A stretch of DNA of 64,000 bases from Tubiluchus corallicola (taxonomy: Eukaryota > Animalia > Priapulida), in NCBI GenBank assembly GCA_030141605.1, contig JAQGDQ010000305.1, forward strand, positions 62,001 to 126,000. Reading direction: 5' to 3'. Shown piece after piece: positions 28,000 to 41,247 of this stretch (position 1 is its first letter; each line of letters opens with the position of its first letter). The notes under the pieces were generated by a model. The model did not search any database, was not told where the DNA came from, and saw only the letters and a list, made by a program, of their open reading frames with translations. The position numbers and the translations under genes were made by a program.

Positions 28000-29050
28000 A
28001 ACTGGAACGTTAAATTGAACATTTTGGTCTTCTTTTCAAAAGATTTTCTGAATCAGGGAAAAGCTTCCCGGACTGAAACTAAACAGGTAAATATGGCTCA
28101 GATGAAACTCGTTTCACAAATAGCAACTTATCCAGCCTGAACTCAGGAGGACCAGAATACCTGGCCATTGGGTGACTGCTCATAAGAGCTGGATTAGTTT
28201 ACCAGATTAGAGCTCAGTGGGCTAATTCGTAGGAAGAGAAAGCTTACAAGATTAAAAATGCACCTGTATTTGATTTTAGTTTTCTATTCGGTTGTGCTGA
28301 TCTCCCTGTCATCAAACACTTTTTCTACGAACTGTTTGATATGAGTCAGGGTGAGTGGAGAAAAGTGAGACTAATTTGGGAAACACTTAGAGAGTACGAA
28401 GGAAATTTGAGGAGCCTCAACCATAAATGGACTAAATTTTCTACCATGTACAGTCGTTAATACCTTCTCTTAATTGCCGCTACGACTGTGCTCATCTAAT
28501 GCCTATTCTCAAACTTGTTTCAAGGTAACTGTTTCTTGATGGCTAATTTTTTGCTTGAGGCAACTGTCTGACTCATTACAAACTGAGTAATTTGTTGCAC
28601 CCGTAATATGTTCCTTCTATATTTATAATATATTTAACTTCTTCTGTTTGACAGAAATATTGAATTTTCTACGAAGGGATATTTAAATGAATGAACTAAT
28701 AATCCTGCTCCAGTATTTTTAGTTTGTCCACCGAGTAACATTTGCCTATGGCACTGTTTCTCACTCATTTTTTGGTCTCCAATGCCTCTGCCTATTTGCT
28801 TTTCGTTCTTAACCAATTCCCGGTCTAGGAAGTTTCATACCAGTACAAGCTGCCTTTCACTGTCAAAGTTTCATTGTGTCATCAATGAACAAGTCTACAG
28901 TCGAATGGTGGAAAGTAACAAGATAAAATCCATATCGCCGTGAAATATTAATGCATTACGAAGCACTTGCAACGATGGCTGATTGCATCTCTTCAAGTGA
29001 AAGTGCAGCATATTATGGCATGACGCTCGAGTAATTTGTGATGCTCTGTC
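28000..29050 (-). mobile_element. Degraded LINE endonuclease-domain relic
   Basis: Remnants DMDFILLLST (cf. DIIxLQET), GAGLLVH (cf. GGVAILV) and SSHP (cf. SDHxP) occur in the expected order. Confidence 0.4.
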
Positions 29051-29699
29051 AACTAATATACATGCTTTATCAACAAACATATAGTTAGGAACTTAGGGAG
29101 CGTTGGGATAGGTAGGATTTATCAGCACTGCATCGAACGCTAACTCCAGGTAAATTCTTTATAAAAACTGAAAGGTTTAAAGCAATCCAGTAACATTACT
29201 GTGCTTGCGAGTTTTAAAACACACGCGTGCCATCTCCTCCTAACACCCACCACTCCTGTCAACTGTACTACACGCGACGAACGCTCCCCCAAGTTTACAG
29301 CTGTATTTCGTAAATCCTTTTGCAGTATGTCTACCTTACGTTAGCTGATATTTTGTCAGTCCAAGCGTTGCATGTAGAGCTATAGAAAACAGAAAATAGG
29401 GTTTGCTCGGTAACCCAATAGTACACTTTTCTTACTTAGATTTCTTTACTAAGATCTTTCTTTTCCTCATCGTCGTACTTGTCGACACTGGCTATTTTCC
29501 CAGGCCTTTTGACCCCAATTAACTTCATATGAAGGGTTTTCTTAAAACCATTAATTTTCTTTTGTTGTTTAATACAGTTAAGCTAAAGTAGATATAATAA
29601 ACAATTGTCATAGCAAAACAAAACGCGAAAATAATAGGACTTCCCTAGGGTATCTTCAGCTTAGAAAAAAAATTGTGTTTGTCTTTCCTTCATATCAGA

Positions 29700-31400
29700 T
29701 TTCGGTTTAAATGTATTGTAAGATTTTGCAAAAAAAGTAAGAGAGCGCCATTCATCATCTTCTGGGATTTCTGATAATTTAGCAGTAAAATCTTTTATCA
29801 GTATCAAATACCTTTCAAGAAGAAGTAAGTGAGTAGTGTAGGCAGTGAAATAGCTTTTTCTGCTGATAATTTGCAGATTTGATTTAGTTTTGTTGTACTG
29901 CTTTCAAGCTAGTACAAGTGGCTTGTGCTTTTGATGTACGTGCACGCAAAAATCGATAAGTGGTTGTGCATGATTTTCATGATTAGCGTTAACCATATTT
30001 CATTAGATTCCCAGGAGTCTCCTTGTGTATTCTAGGCTTATGCAAAGGAGTTAAGATGCATTTCTTCAGATCATCAGAAAGTCTTCTAGTTGTTGCTACC
30101 CTGTTTAGAATGTTAAAAGCTGAGATATAGAAAAATTAAGTTCACCTGTTTGCAGAACTTTTGTAACTTGAAATGAATTTGCTGCTGTTTGCATTTCATT
30201 TCCCTGCTGCGTGACTGGCTTTTGTGTACTAGAGGCATAGTACTCATTTCTTTTGCGTAGATCCTCTTTAACCACTCAGAAATACTATTCTTTGTTTTAT
30301 TGTGTTTGTGATTCTGTTAATTTTGAAGTTTCATAGAAAAGGAACATTTTGATGGGTCGTTTTTAGAGTTTTTTTATTTCCCCCTGTGAGTGAAATATTC
30401 TGGCCTCTTCTATTGATTTTTGCAATGTGGATTTTATCGATTAAGTTATTTCTTTATTTCTTTACTTTAATGTGACCCCAGTTTGGACAATAAATTCGGT
30501 AATAAATTTTATCTTTTAGCGATTTTTATGCCTTTGAAAAGTTTTCAAATACGTTGTCCACTATTGGAGTTTTATAATCGATAATTTTCTCAGTCGCTTG
30601 ATTAAGTGTTGTTTTGACATCCTCCCATTTAGGCAAGGTGCTGCATGCTCAGGAAATCCATCTTTTGCACGGAAAATTCATAAAGGTTTCTTTAGTAATT
30701 TTTTCTAATTTTATCATCCTTCAGTTTTTCTGAACCGTTTTATCTGTTTTTTAATGCTTATTGTTTTGAAGAGCTGGCAGTCAAATTTATCGTAAACACA
30801 TAATTGTTATTTTCTTTTACAAGTCTAGCATGTGACTGTATATTGTTTATGACAGGCACATTATGTCCTTCTTAGGCTTACTAAGATGAACCTAAAGTGA
30901 TTGTTAACTGGCTTTCTGAACTTTCTTGCTCTTCGCCGTTATACATTGTCTTTTTTTGACTAATACCGATGCCATGCGGTGATATTAGCGAATTTCTATT
31001 GAAATAATGCATTCGTTACAATCAAGTTGATCTTCAGAATATGGATTTCTTATCACATTTATCAACTTTTGTAGAAACAGGTTCGTGTAAGGATTAAATT
31101 TTCCGTCTGAAATATCTATATCTGAGCTTTTAAGAATTATATTTATGCAGTCTCTAGAAATTCTCTTGCAAATTGGGCATTCTTAGAATAAATTATCTTT
31201 TATATGCTGATGAATTGTGTGTAGTACCTCCCTCTATGCAGGCGAAGTATCTTAAATATTTGTTAAAAGTTTGCCAGTAATCAGGACTTGGTTTTTGACC
31301 AGTTTGAAATGTACTGTATATATTTTATTCCGAATAATATGGGAGTATCGGTCAGGGTTACGTAACTCTCATACTTTCTAGTGATCTTTTTCATGATTTC
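29700..31400 (-). mobile_element. Degraded LINE reverse-transcriptase relic
   Basis: Weak GVPQG/SPxLF-like and LGVT-like remnants in order; many stops. Confidence 0.3.
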
Positions 31401-32269
31401 GACACGCCAATCACTAGATAATACGTTACTTACAACATTGCTTTTCACAAGTTTTTTACACGTTATGTTTTCGCCATCTTCTGCAATATGTGCAGAAAAT
31501 AAAATAAAACATTTTTGAGCACTATTGAGTCACTTTGTACATAGTTTACGAACACGAATCACTGAGTCTGCAAATTCCATGGCAATGTATGTCTACAATA
31601 TGTGCAGAAAATATGATTAGAAGATCATCATATTTTCTGAAATATGAAAACAAGATGTTGAAGATGTTTTATTCATTTACGTCATCAACTGAATATTTAA
31701 CAGATGGTCTAATTTATTGATTTAGTAACTGCTGGCTTTTAATCAATGCCTTGTAATTTTAAAATATCTATTATTATATTTTTGCATATATTTGTTGCTC
31801 TTTTAATAGTGCATGCCATACAGTGTTTTCAATGTAAATTTTAACTTTTATGTTGCATTTTTATGTGCTGAAATACACTTTAAATTTAAAAAAATGCATA
31901 AATTGCACATTACTAATAAGTGCATTTTATGAAATGGAGTCTTCACACTGTTTGGTAAGGTTGTCATTTATAGCAGTTATCACAGAAGAGTTTGTTTTAT
32001 TTCAATGCTAGAGATTACATCAGATAAAATGCCCAGGGAAATAGGAAATAGGTTGCTTGTCAAACTCTTGTTCGATAAACGAATGAATGTCGTCACTACA
32101 AAAAGATTCAGGTCATGAATAGGCCTTCCGAGACGGAAGAGGGAGCCAGCTTTTGAATGATAAGTTTTAATGTAGGCGTACTGAAAATTGTAACGTCCTA
32201 AAAGTGACACGTGCATTATTACAAGTCAGTGTCATCTAATCTCATTGTTAATATTGCTATTTTAAATTA

Positions 32270-32570
32270 AAATTTCAAATTTACCGCTGTGCTCACGCAT
32301 GGGCTGCCGAGCGTGTGACTAACGAACACGTCTGAACGGAGAAGTACAGCACCTGTTTTTTGTGCAAAACGTTTTCGAAATGCAGGCACTAGTGCCCGTC
32401 TAACTAGCGAATGGCGAAATACATGTAACAGCGAAGATCTAGTGGCGCGAACGCGAAGACGCGAAATTGTGTTTGTGTGGTAATAATTCTTTCACGTAAA
32501 TCATTTTTAAAAAGTGGTATGTTTCCTTTCAATGTGTTAAAGAGTAGATTATTTCGACCTATAGTTTATA
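32270..32570 (-). mobile_element. Dispersed repeat family A, copy 2 (inverted)
   Basis: Reverse complement of copies 1 and 3. Confidence 0.85.
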
Positions 32571-32779
32571 ATTGCGTCCGGTTTTGCTTTAAGATATACA
32601 TAGTCTCACTTCTAATTTTATCATTCTCACATATTCTTTCCTCTAATTATCTCTCTGTAGAGCTGGTGAATTTCGTGAGTGTCGAAAGTTTATGCATAAA
32701 AAAAGAATTTTTTGAGACTTAAAGAGCATCTCTGATTTCTTTAAAAAAAATCTTTTATTATTTGAAGTGACCTGAAGTC

Positions 32780-33100
32780 TTCTACGGTATGAATTTCTTG
32801 TGGCATTATATGAAGCAAGCTTTTCATGCGCTTGAGTTGATGGGAAATCTGACATTTAGCCACCAGCTTTTGCTTTCACGAATTATCTTGTGGCGTGGAC
32901 AAATCAATTTGAAACACTTTATTGTCACTGTTTCTAATCAATACAAATAAAAGGTCTGACAAAGCAGTTTGCCGAAATTGCACTACAACTAAGTTATAAA
33001 ATAAATATTGATTTTTGTGTTGTAAACCGTGTCCTTCCTGATAAAGTAAGAGCATTGATACTGGCTCAGACTTAAATTCATTTTTGGCAGAACTGACCAT
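32780..33100 (-). pseudogene. Possible MADF/Myb-like domain relic (PIF/Harbinger accessory gene?)
   Basis: EFKSEPVSMLLLYQE..GL....Q..FYN...RQTAL.DL and, in another frame, RNSYRRRL resemble the MADF pattern; frameshifted. Confidence 0.3.
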
Positions 33101-36100
33101 ATAAATACATGGCTATTCAACTCTAGCTAGTAAGCGTGGCGCTCTAATATCCGTCACACACTAGGCAAAATCTTGTACGATACAGATTTCTGCTCAACAA
33201 CTTGTTTTTCAAAACTAGTCGCACATGCAGAACTTTAAACTCATTTAAATTTCTACCATATAAAAGTTTATCTTGTTCCCGAGTGCAGGCTTGTTCTTGC
33301 AATTTGAATCATACAAAGTCAATTGCATACATTGCAAACAAGCTGACACGCGCTTTCTACAAGTAAATGTTGTTTTGAAATGCTTTGCTTTTAAAGCTGT
33401 TTTAATGGCTGTAATTAACCTTTAACGTAGAATTAATTCTTCCCTAGTTACAGATTTTGATTATGATTCAACAAATCCTGCGGCAATAAGTTTTGTTTAA
33501 TAACTAGTTGTAAGATAATAGTTTTCCATTTTTGTCTACGTTTACGTTCCGCAAAAATTTGTTTGCCGTAAGCAATTACAAATGAGAGATACTTTATTTT
33601 GGAAGTAGGATGACTCACTTAGCGTATTTTACTGTTATCACTTAAACTTAAAAAATATCACAGAATTAGCTATCTATTTTTTTGTAAAAACTTATTATAC
33701 TTTTGACTGAAATTGACAGTGTGTCGCTTTTCTTCAACTAAGGAATGACGTCATTGGTGGAAAAATGGACGTTCAAACTGGGAGCGCCCAAGCGTGAAAT
33801 GATCGTGACTTTAAAGTTATTTTGCTAATTACAAGAGGGGCTTATCAAACTTTTAGTACTAAATCCTTCGAACATTTTTTTCGTGAACATTGAAACAAAC
33901 CTAACTTTCCAGACGGCTAGGTTTTTCTTTTAATATGATCTAGTTACCTGTTTTGATTTTAAGATTTTTTTCTAACTGTGGATCAAAGATAATCAGGAAT
34001 AAGGCTCAACTCGCAAATTGACTCTCTCGGAGCTGTGAAGAATGAAGAAACAAATTAAAATTGTTAGTGATTCTCCACGAATGGTCTCGTGTGTGCTTAG
34101 CATTTGACAGACATTAAGCAATGCTGCGCCTAGTCAGTGAACGGGTGCTTTAATACTTGCTCTGGGCGATTCATTCTCCATAATATCTATCGCGTCTTAT
34201 TCTTTATCTCGTCGATGGAAACTATATTCATATGAGAATGTGGCTAAGACGATTCAGTGACTTATCTTAGATGTAGAGAATTAGTCTTCATGATGAGCTA
34301 GGTTCCGATCCTGTCAGCAACACACACAATTGTTACGTATTGATAGTTTTAGGCCACCTGGTAGTTAGGTGTATTGCGCATGTAAGCGAACAGCGAGGAA
34401 GGAAGAAGGCGGTAGTTTTAATTTTTTGTGATTTAGTTTAATTAAAATTTGTGTTAACGAACCAGTAATCATGTGTTTGTGTTCTACGTGTGACGGAACA
34501 CATATGGAGGGAGTCAGCCGTCTTTTTGGCTTTTAGTATGTGCTCAATTGTAAAAAAAATAGCCAACCCCTTCGCCTTATAGAACATGTGCACTGCCAAT
34601 ATTTGCTCTAGCGCAGTGCTTCACCAAGTGAACTATATCTATCTTGGAAACTGTCGTGTTAAGATCTGGGAGTGTGTGTGAGAGAAAGAGAGAGAGGTCA
34701 CTGGCATCTGAAGCCAATCTAACTAAGAGTTAATGATAATTGCGAGTAAGTTCACAATGGAATTATTCTAAACTGACCGAATCTTCCTTGGCAAAATGAC
34801 AGCTTATTTCCATTCAGAGAACATTTTGAAATGTGCGTTATATCTTCAAATCGCCATGTGATTCTAATAACTTAAACGAGATAATGTGAAGATATATGAA
34901 ACGCCAAAGTGGAATTTAATGCTTATTTTTTAATATTAAAAATTAACTTGTGAATATTCAAAATTTATTTATCAATATTCAAAAATACGCATTAAATTTT
35001 TCTTTAGCGTTCCATAATAAAGTTTTATTTTACGTTGATTTTGACAAGAAGCAAATATTGCTCACAGACGTATAGCTAAATACACGTAGTCATAAATACT
35101 TACATATAGTCTATACATAAATTAATAAATTTATACAATGCGTAGGTAAGAACAGTTTAGAATATTTAGGCCTCCTGATCGTAAGATGTTCTAAGAGTAA
35201 CTTACACATAAGCAAGTTCACAATCTCATTTACTAGACCACTCAGAACTGTGTTCTGAAGTTTTTTCTCCAGACATGAAAACTAAGGGTCTCATTACTTC
35301 ACTGTGCATGGGATTGCACAAAACCAGCGACTACTGCAGTTAGTTCTGGGATTTAAGACTAGTGTAAAAGACAAAACTCAGCAGAATACAGGCGGCGTAA
35401 GCTTCATTTAACAGCTTGACCATATGTACATCTTATATTTTAAAACATTATAGTTATTCTTCTAACCCATTTTCAAATGTTTGTGAATTGCTACATCAAC
35501 TTTGCGTTCTTTAGTTTATCTCTTATAATCAGTATAACACACAGCAAAATACTATAATCAGTATTGATTCTACTTCGCCTTTCAGTGTTTTTTAAAAACA
35601 GCCTGTAGCAAATTTAGCTATACCAAGCTTAATTTGAAAGTGTTAGTACATAATACTATGAGTGCAAAATAAATCATTTCAAGTTTAAGATGGATTAATC
35701 TTGCACCCGGATACCGAAATTAAAACTAACGCCGGGATTGTGAGCCTCAACAAAAACAATTCTTTTATCCTCCCGTTTTGACTCCATAGCACCGCAGAAA
35801 CGGCTTATTTTGGAACTGAGCCAACTGCATGCACTTACTTTTATATAATTATCGATCAATCGATCGCCTCCTATTGTTCAAAACAAGAACCACTGAAAGC
35901 TGTGCTGCTGGATGGAGGCTTTCTTGGGACCAAGAGAGGTTTCTCTGATTCTGAGGCAGGAGTACTGGATAATGGCAAACTGGCAGTATCATTTTGTGAT
36001 ACGTCTGTGAGCAATATCATTTTAAAAATGGCCAAGCTTCAGTGTGCACACTGTAGTACTTAAAGCCAGTATGTAGCATTTGATATTTTGCTAATATTAA

Positions 36101-37926
36101 CTGCTTAAAGTCAAACTATACCCTCACTATAATATAAGCTTTTACAACTTAAAATCCTACTGTCATTGCGAATATTCAATTTATTTTGCTATAAACTTAC
36201 TGTAAAACTTGTTTCTTTTGATTTTGTATCACTTCGTTGTTAGCGTCATTAAGTTTGAAGAACTGCCATCTTTCATTACGCGACACGAATGATGCTGTGA
36301 GTAACAGTCACACTGACAGTCACCAAAAATCGGTAAACAAACATCAGTAACCAAAGACGCTTTCTGTACCTCTTACGTCATTCTCGCTCACTCGCGCCAA
36401 AGACGCGAAACGTGGCGATCTTTACGACAATGCACCCGTTCGAAATTCGCCAGAAAAAGGTAGTAAGTTGTTTAATTTATAAGTCTCTTTTGTTTAATAA
36501 TAACTGTAAATTCTCTGTGTAATCATAATAATGCGTTAAAAAATTTTGGTATCTGAGAAAGTGTGAGAAAACCTAACGTGTAATGGAATTATTAGCAAAA
36601 AATATTGTTAAAAGCATCAATGGTCGAATTACTAATTATTACTCTTGGAGACAACAACCTTAAATTAATTGAAACCAGTGCACCGCTTTTTCATATCCTT
36701 CATAGGAGTTTAACTATCCAGTTTTTCTGTTATAGGTATAATTTATATCTCATCGTTAAAACTATACATACAAAATACCGCGTAAGCACTATTATTTGTA
36801 CTTCCAGTACGTCCTTTGTTGTAGGTTGGCGTTGTTGTAGGTCTTGCATGGAGTGACAGTTATTAATTGATGAAAAGTGATAATACTTTTGAAAAAAACT
36901 GCTTTTAAAGCATTTTCAAAGATTTAAAAAGGCACGGAGTTGCAAAAAAGCAATGAGAGAAACAATTTGGAGTTATAAGTATTGTTGAAGGATTGTTGTT
37001 CATATGTCTAATAATAGTTGCGGAGTTGTTTTTCTCGAAGATACTATATCATATCATATCATATGTGACACCGGTCTTGTACCTTTTTAATTAAATACTT
37101 TTTGGGTCATTTTTTACTGATAGATGGCACGATGTCTAGTTTTCAAATATCGAAAAGGTCACTTATTAAACACATAAAACAATGAAGTAATTCCGTATTT
37201 TCTGTACTAACACACTTAGTCTACAACTAACATTTATGCGTCAATACAAACTCAAGTTATAAAAAGAATTGCCATCTCGTGTGAATTCTGCGAAAATGTT
37301 GCATGCACTGCTGTTTGAAATACGCGGTGAAATTTCTTGACATTTGTTAAACGCCAACCTGTGTTCTCACAGATTGGCTCTCCTATGAGCAAGGCATACG
37401 TGTAGGCGTAAAGCAAAGCTTGATAAAGTGAAACAAACGACTTTATAGAGATATCTATGGAGAGTGTCGCAGGTATTTATGTCGTCTATTGATCACTATA
37501 CGGATGACCCACCGAGAGACAAAAAAGAAGCTAAGATAAGGAAAAAAAAGCCACGATGATCACGAACTAGTAGTTACCATTTATACATCAAAATGATGAA
37601 CATAGGGAACAGAATGAATAAAAAGAGCTATGATCTCTTGTGAATTCCTCGAAATTATTACATGCGCGGTTGTTTTAAGGGGGTTTCTTTATTGCGTTGC
37701 TGTGCCGAATAACAACCATGATTCATCGATTTTCGGATTTTATACGGTCGCATAAACTCTCGCAGGCTTTGTGCCAGCCAATAGCATTTAGTGATAAAAA
37801 CGCACTTTGGCTGAGGATTACCAAGCTACACTTAATAACAGTACCACTTTAACTGTAAAAACGAGTGTTTTTGTGTCAGTTGTAACATCAGCAGTTCTTT
37901 TTTACTACTACAGTCACGGTTGCCGG

Positions 37927-37984
37927 TGAGAGAGAGAGAGAGAGAGGGAGAGAGAGAGAGGGAGAGAGACAGAGAGAGAGAGAG

Positions 37985-38068
<84 letters not shown>
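37927..38068. repeat. (GA)n microsatellite
   Basis: Seen directly in the sequence. Confidence 0.97.
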
Positions 38069-38075
<7 letters not shown>

Positions 38076-39125
38076 ACGGACGCATGAGATGTTTTGTAGC
38101 TCAAAGAGTCAGACTGTGCAGAGAATTTATAATCAGGATAATTTCTATTTGCTGTAGATTTAAGTGCAAACATTTAAGTTTTGATTTGGAGCCACAACAA
38201 AACATTATTTTATATTCTTGTATATCCGCTGTAAATTACATGGTTTAGTTACACCAAAACAATTTAACTATTAAGATAAAATTTTCTAAATCAATGTAGC
38301 GAGAACCGCCACTAAAATCGCGTAATAACAGTAATCATACACCATATCTAATGATCCAATCAAGTTCTTACCAAATATAGCTCTTGGCGATCTGTCACTA
38401 AATTGCAAACATAATTCGTAGATTAGATTAGATTTGGACTACATTAGATTAGATTTACCGTAGATTTCCAACTCAAATTATTCTCAAGAAGTTGATATTG
38501 ACGCGGACAAAATGTCTTGCAATAGGACAAGGTTAAATCAATTTGTCAAGCTTTTTTGTGAGTAGTAGTGTTATTTAAACCTATGATACCTAGAGAAAGT
38601 AGCATCTGGCGCTCGCTTCCAGCGCCTGGAAGAGAAAAAGAACGTATATCTTGTCAATGGGTGATGAAACCATAGATTTTGACAGCGGAGCCTGGAAGCC
38701 AAAAGCCAAAAGCTAGAAGTTCGTCTTATTTTTTGAGCGTCAAGCATCCAGCGTCGGTTCCTCAACCATCCGTTGATGACTGGGCTTGCGAATTATTACA
38801 CGAAGAAATAACGTAAAAAATAACACATTGAAAAATAAATTTGATATGGTCAATTTTGTTTTTCTGCGAAGAAGATGCAGATGGGGCTTAGTTGTTAACT
38901 ACCCAGTGAACGCTAGACGCTGGTTGATCATTTTAAATAGAATTGTTTCAATTTGAAACTATCTGCATGCATATGTTAATGGCGGGCATTTAACTTCCAA
39001 TATTTATACGTTAATTCCGAATTGGCAGATCTTTTTCAGTCTCCTTGAATGACTTTTTTGGTAAAGCGATTATTATTTTCCGGCTAGAAGTGGGGCACAT
39101 TTGCATGAAAACAATCGAACGACTA

Positions 39126-39227
39126 AAACGTCTGCATTTCAAACACAATTCAAAGTGTAAGTTCTTTTATTGGCAAACGTCTGCATTTCAAATACAATTC
39201 AAAGTGTAAGTTCTTTTATTGGCAAAC
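39126..39227. repeat. 49-bp direct tandem duplication
   Basis: aaacgtctgcatttcaaa(c/t)acaattcaaagtgtaagttcttttattggc occurs twice. Confidence 0.95.
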
Positions 39228-40867
39228 ACAAGTTTACATTTATTTTATGTGACTCGTGAATGTAATTACATTTTCTGTAATTTCTGTTTGCGCGTCGGAA
39301 ATTTTCCATTCATAGTTTAAAACAAACAGAAAAGGAAAAACCGCTTCTGAATGGATCTGCAATCGGAAATAAACTGTAAGTGGTGCACTGTCGGTATTCC
39401 TCCGCCGAATTCGAGAATAGTCTTTCCCTGCCTACGCAGGAGGACGAAAATAGTGCGTCCCCGCTGTGCAGTAAGATGATATCTAGCCGTGATTAAAGTA
39501 ATGCGACAATTAAAAATTTAATGTGCAATATTTTATAATTATGTAATACCGCGATACTAGTTTGCAATGAGACAAAGAAAGAAAAGTGGTTATTTGTTAA
39601 TTATATCTGAGGTTTATATGATGATAATGGTAATGGAGATGGCGTAAATGCTGCTGCCGCTGCTGCTGCTGCTGATGATGATGATACTAATGAATATGAT
39701 GATGGTGGTTGTGGTTGTGGTGATGGTGGCGGTGTCAAATATTCATTGCACTAGTCTATGTGCGCTAGTCTATGTGCACTAGTCTATGTGCGTCAATAAA
39801 CCTGAATGCCAGCGTGTAAATGGGCCCGTTCACAAACAGACGTTTCGTATTTTACGCCAAAGCCTTCAGGGGCTTGTGCCTGAAAGTAGGCTTTAGTATG
39901 AATTTCGAATCTAATACATGACTGAAACGGCTATAATATACGAATAAATGAAACCTTTTATAATAACATTATTATGTCTATGCCTGCAATACTGTATGAC
40001 TATAAGCATAACAATAAGTATAACATATTATAGGACCCGTTAAGGCACTTGTCTATTTATGACATTGAGTCAAACCAGAAAATCAACAGACGTACCTACG
40101 GAACATGAACGACAAGTGTTTATGCTCAGTGAGTTAACAGTTGCCGTCAGGTTATACAGAAAAACTCAAGTGTATTCTAAATTCTTTCATGAGAATAAAT
40201 TAGCATGATAAAACCTATTCACGACTAAAGAACACCATCCGTCTATCTATAGGCATATTAGCTAGTTAAGAGATGCCAACATCTTATTTCGGTGGCGAAT
40301 CCATGAAACAGTAAAGCGACAAAAGAGAACTCCCAACTCACAGGCCACAAATAAGTGGCGCCGCACAAGCGATTTGCAACCGAAGCCAGTTTATATATGT
40401 GCTTCTCTTATCATAACATATCGTCAGCTATACCGAAGTTATTTGTGTTACTACGACACAGAATTGAATTAATTATGTATTGATCTATTTATACTGGACG
40501 TTCCATGGTCGAAACCAACTATGAAAGCGAATGGCAAACGTTAATCTCGAGAGAAAAATTTCCTTGCTGGAAATTTAATTAGTTAGAATTTCTTAACTCA
40601 TTCTTGCTTTTGATTCGTGAGGGCTGAATCATCTCGATTTCGCTCCTAAAGGGAATTTGTGAATTTTACGTGACTTTTAACTGCAAATATTTGTTTAGCT
40701 GTTGTTCTTTGTTTATTTGTGTCACATACATGTAAAATAGAATCGACTAAAATGGATTTTGTACTTGGATACTTTAAAACATGTTAATACCATTACGCTC
40801 CATGTCGCAAGCAAGGAAGGATTAAGGTTTTCATGGGTCTAAGGCTCTCAACATACGATTCGTGATA

Positions 40868-41247
40868 CAAAGGATTTCAATCGTTCACCATATATGCCCT
40901 CCAAGTTAATTTGTAGTACTCACTCCTTGTAGAGGCACTTGTGCAAGCCTAAATCGTCGTGTAGCCCAGTTTCGACTCTTTTTACAGAGCTATAGGACCC
41001 CACCCAAGTGCCATTAAAATGTATTTTCTAAAACGATGAGCGAAAAACCTCCAAAAATGGTCATTTTTTCATTCCGGAAACATCATGTAGAAAAAAACTA
41101 ATTTAGGGGCTGGTTGTCTGGGAAGAAAATTTACAGCTGTTAGAAAAGAGGAGAAACTGGGCTACATGACAATCTGCGTTCTTTTACAAATGCCTTAATG
41201 AAGGATCAGAAGTTAATTTAGGAGATTATGTTTTCTGAACGACCCTG
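40868..41247. mobile_element. Tc1/mariner-type MITE with imperfect TIRs of about 130 bp, nested in a probable hAT-like MITE (about 40812-41425)
   Basis: TA flanks; right end ...cgaccctg|TA; inverted tgtagcccagtttc and gaaactgggctaca. Confidence 0.65.

Noticed and set aside
33746-33800. CRE plus ATG as another start exon
   Set aside because: The frame stops after 10 codons and there is no phase-0 donor.
39440-39470. Possible cassette exon (cag|GAGGAC...TGCA|gtaaga)
   Set aside because: 31 nt long, so it would frameshift the phase-0 intron; no similarity support.
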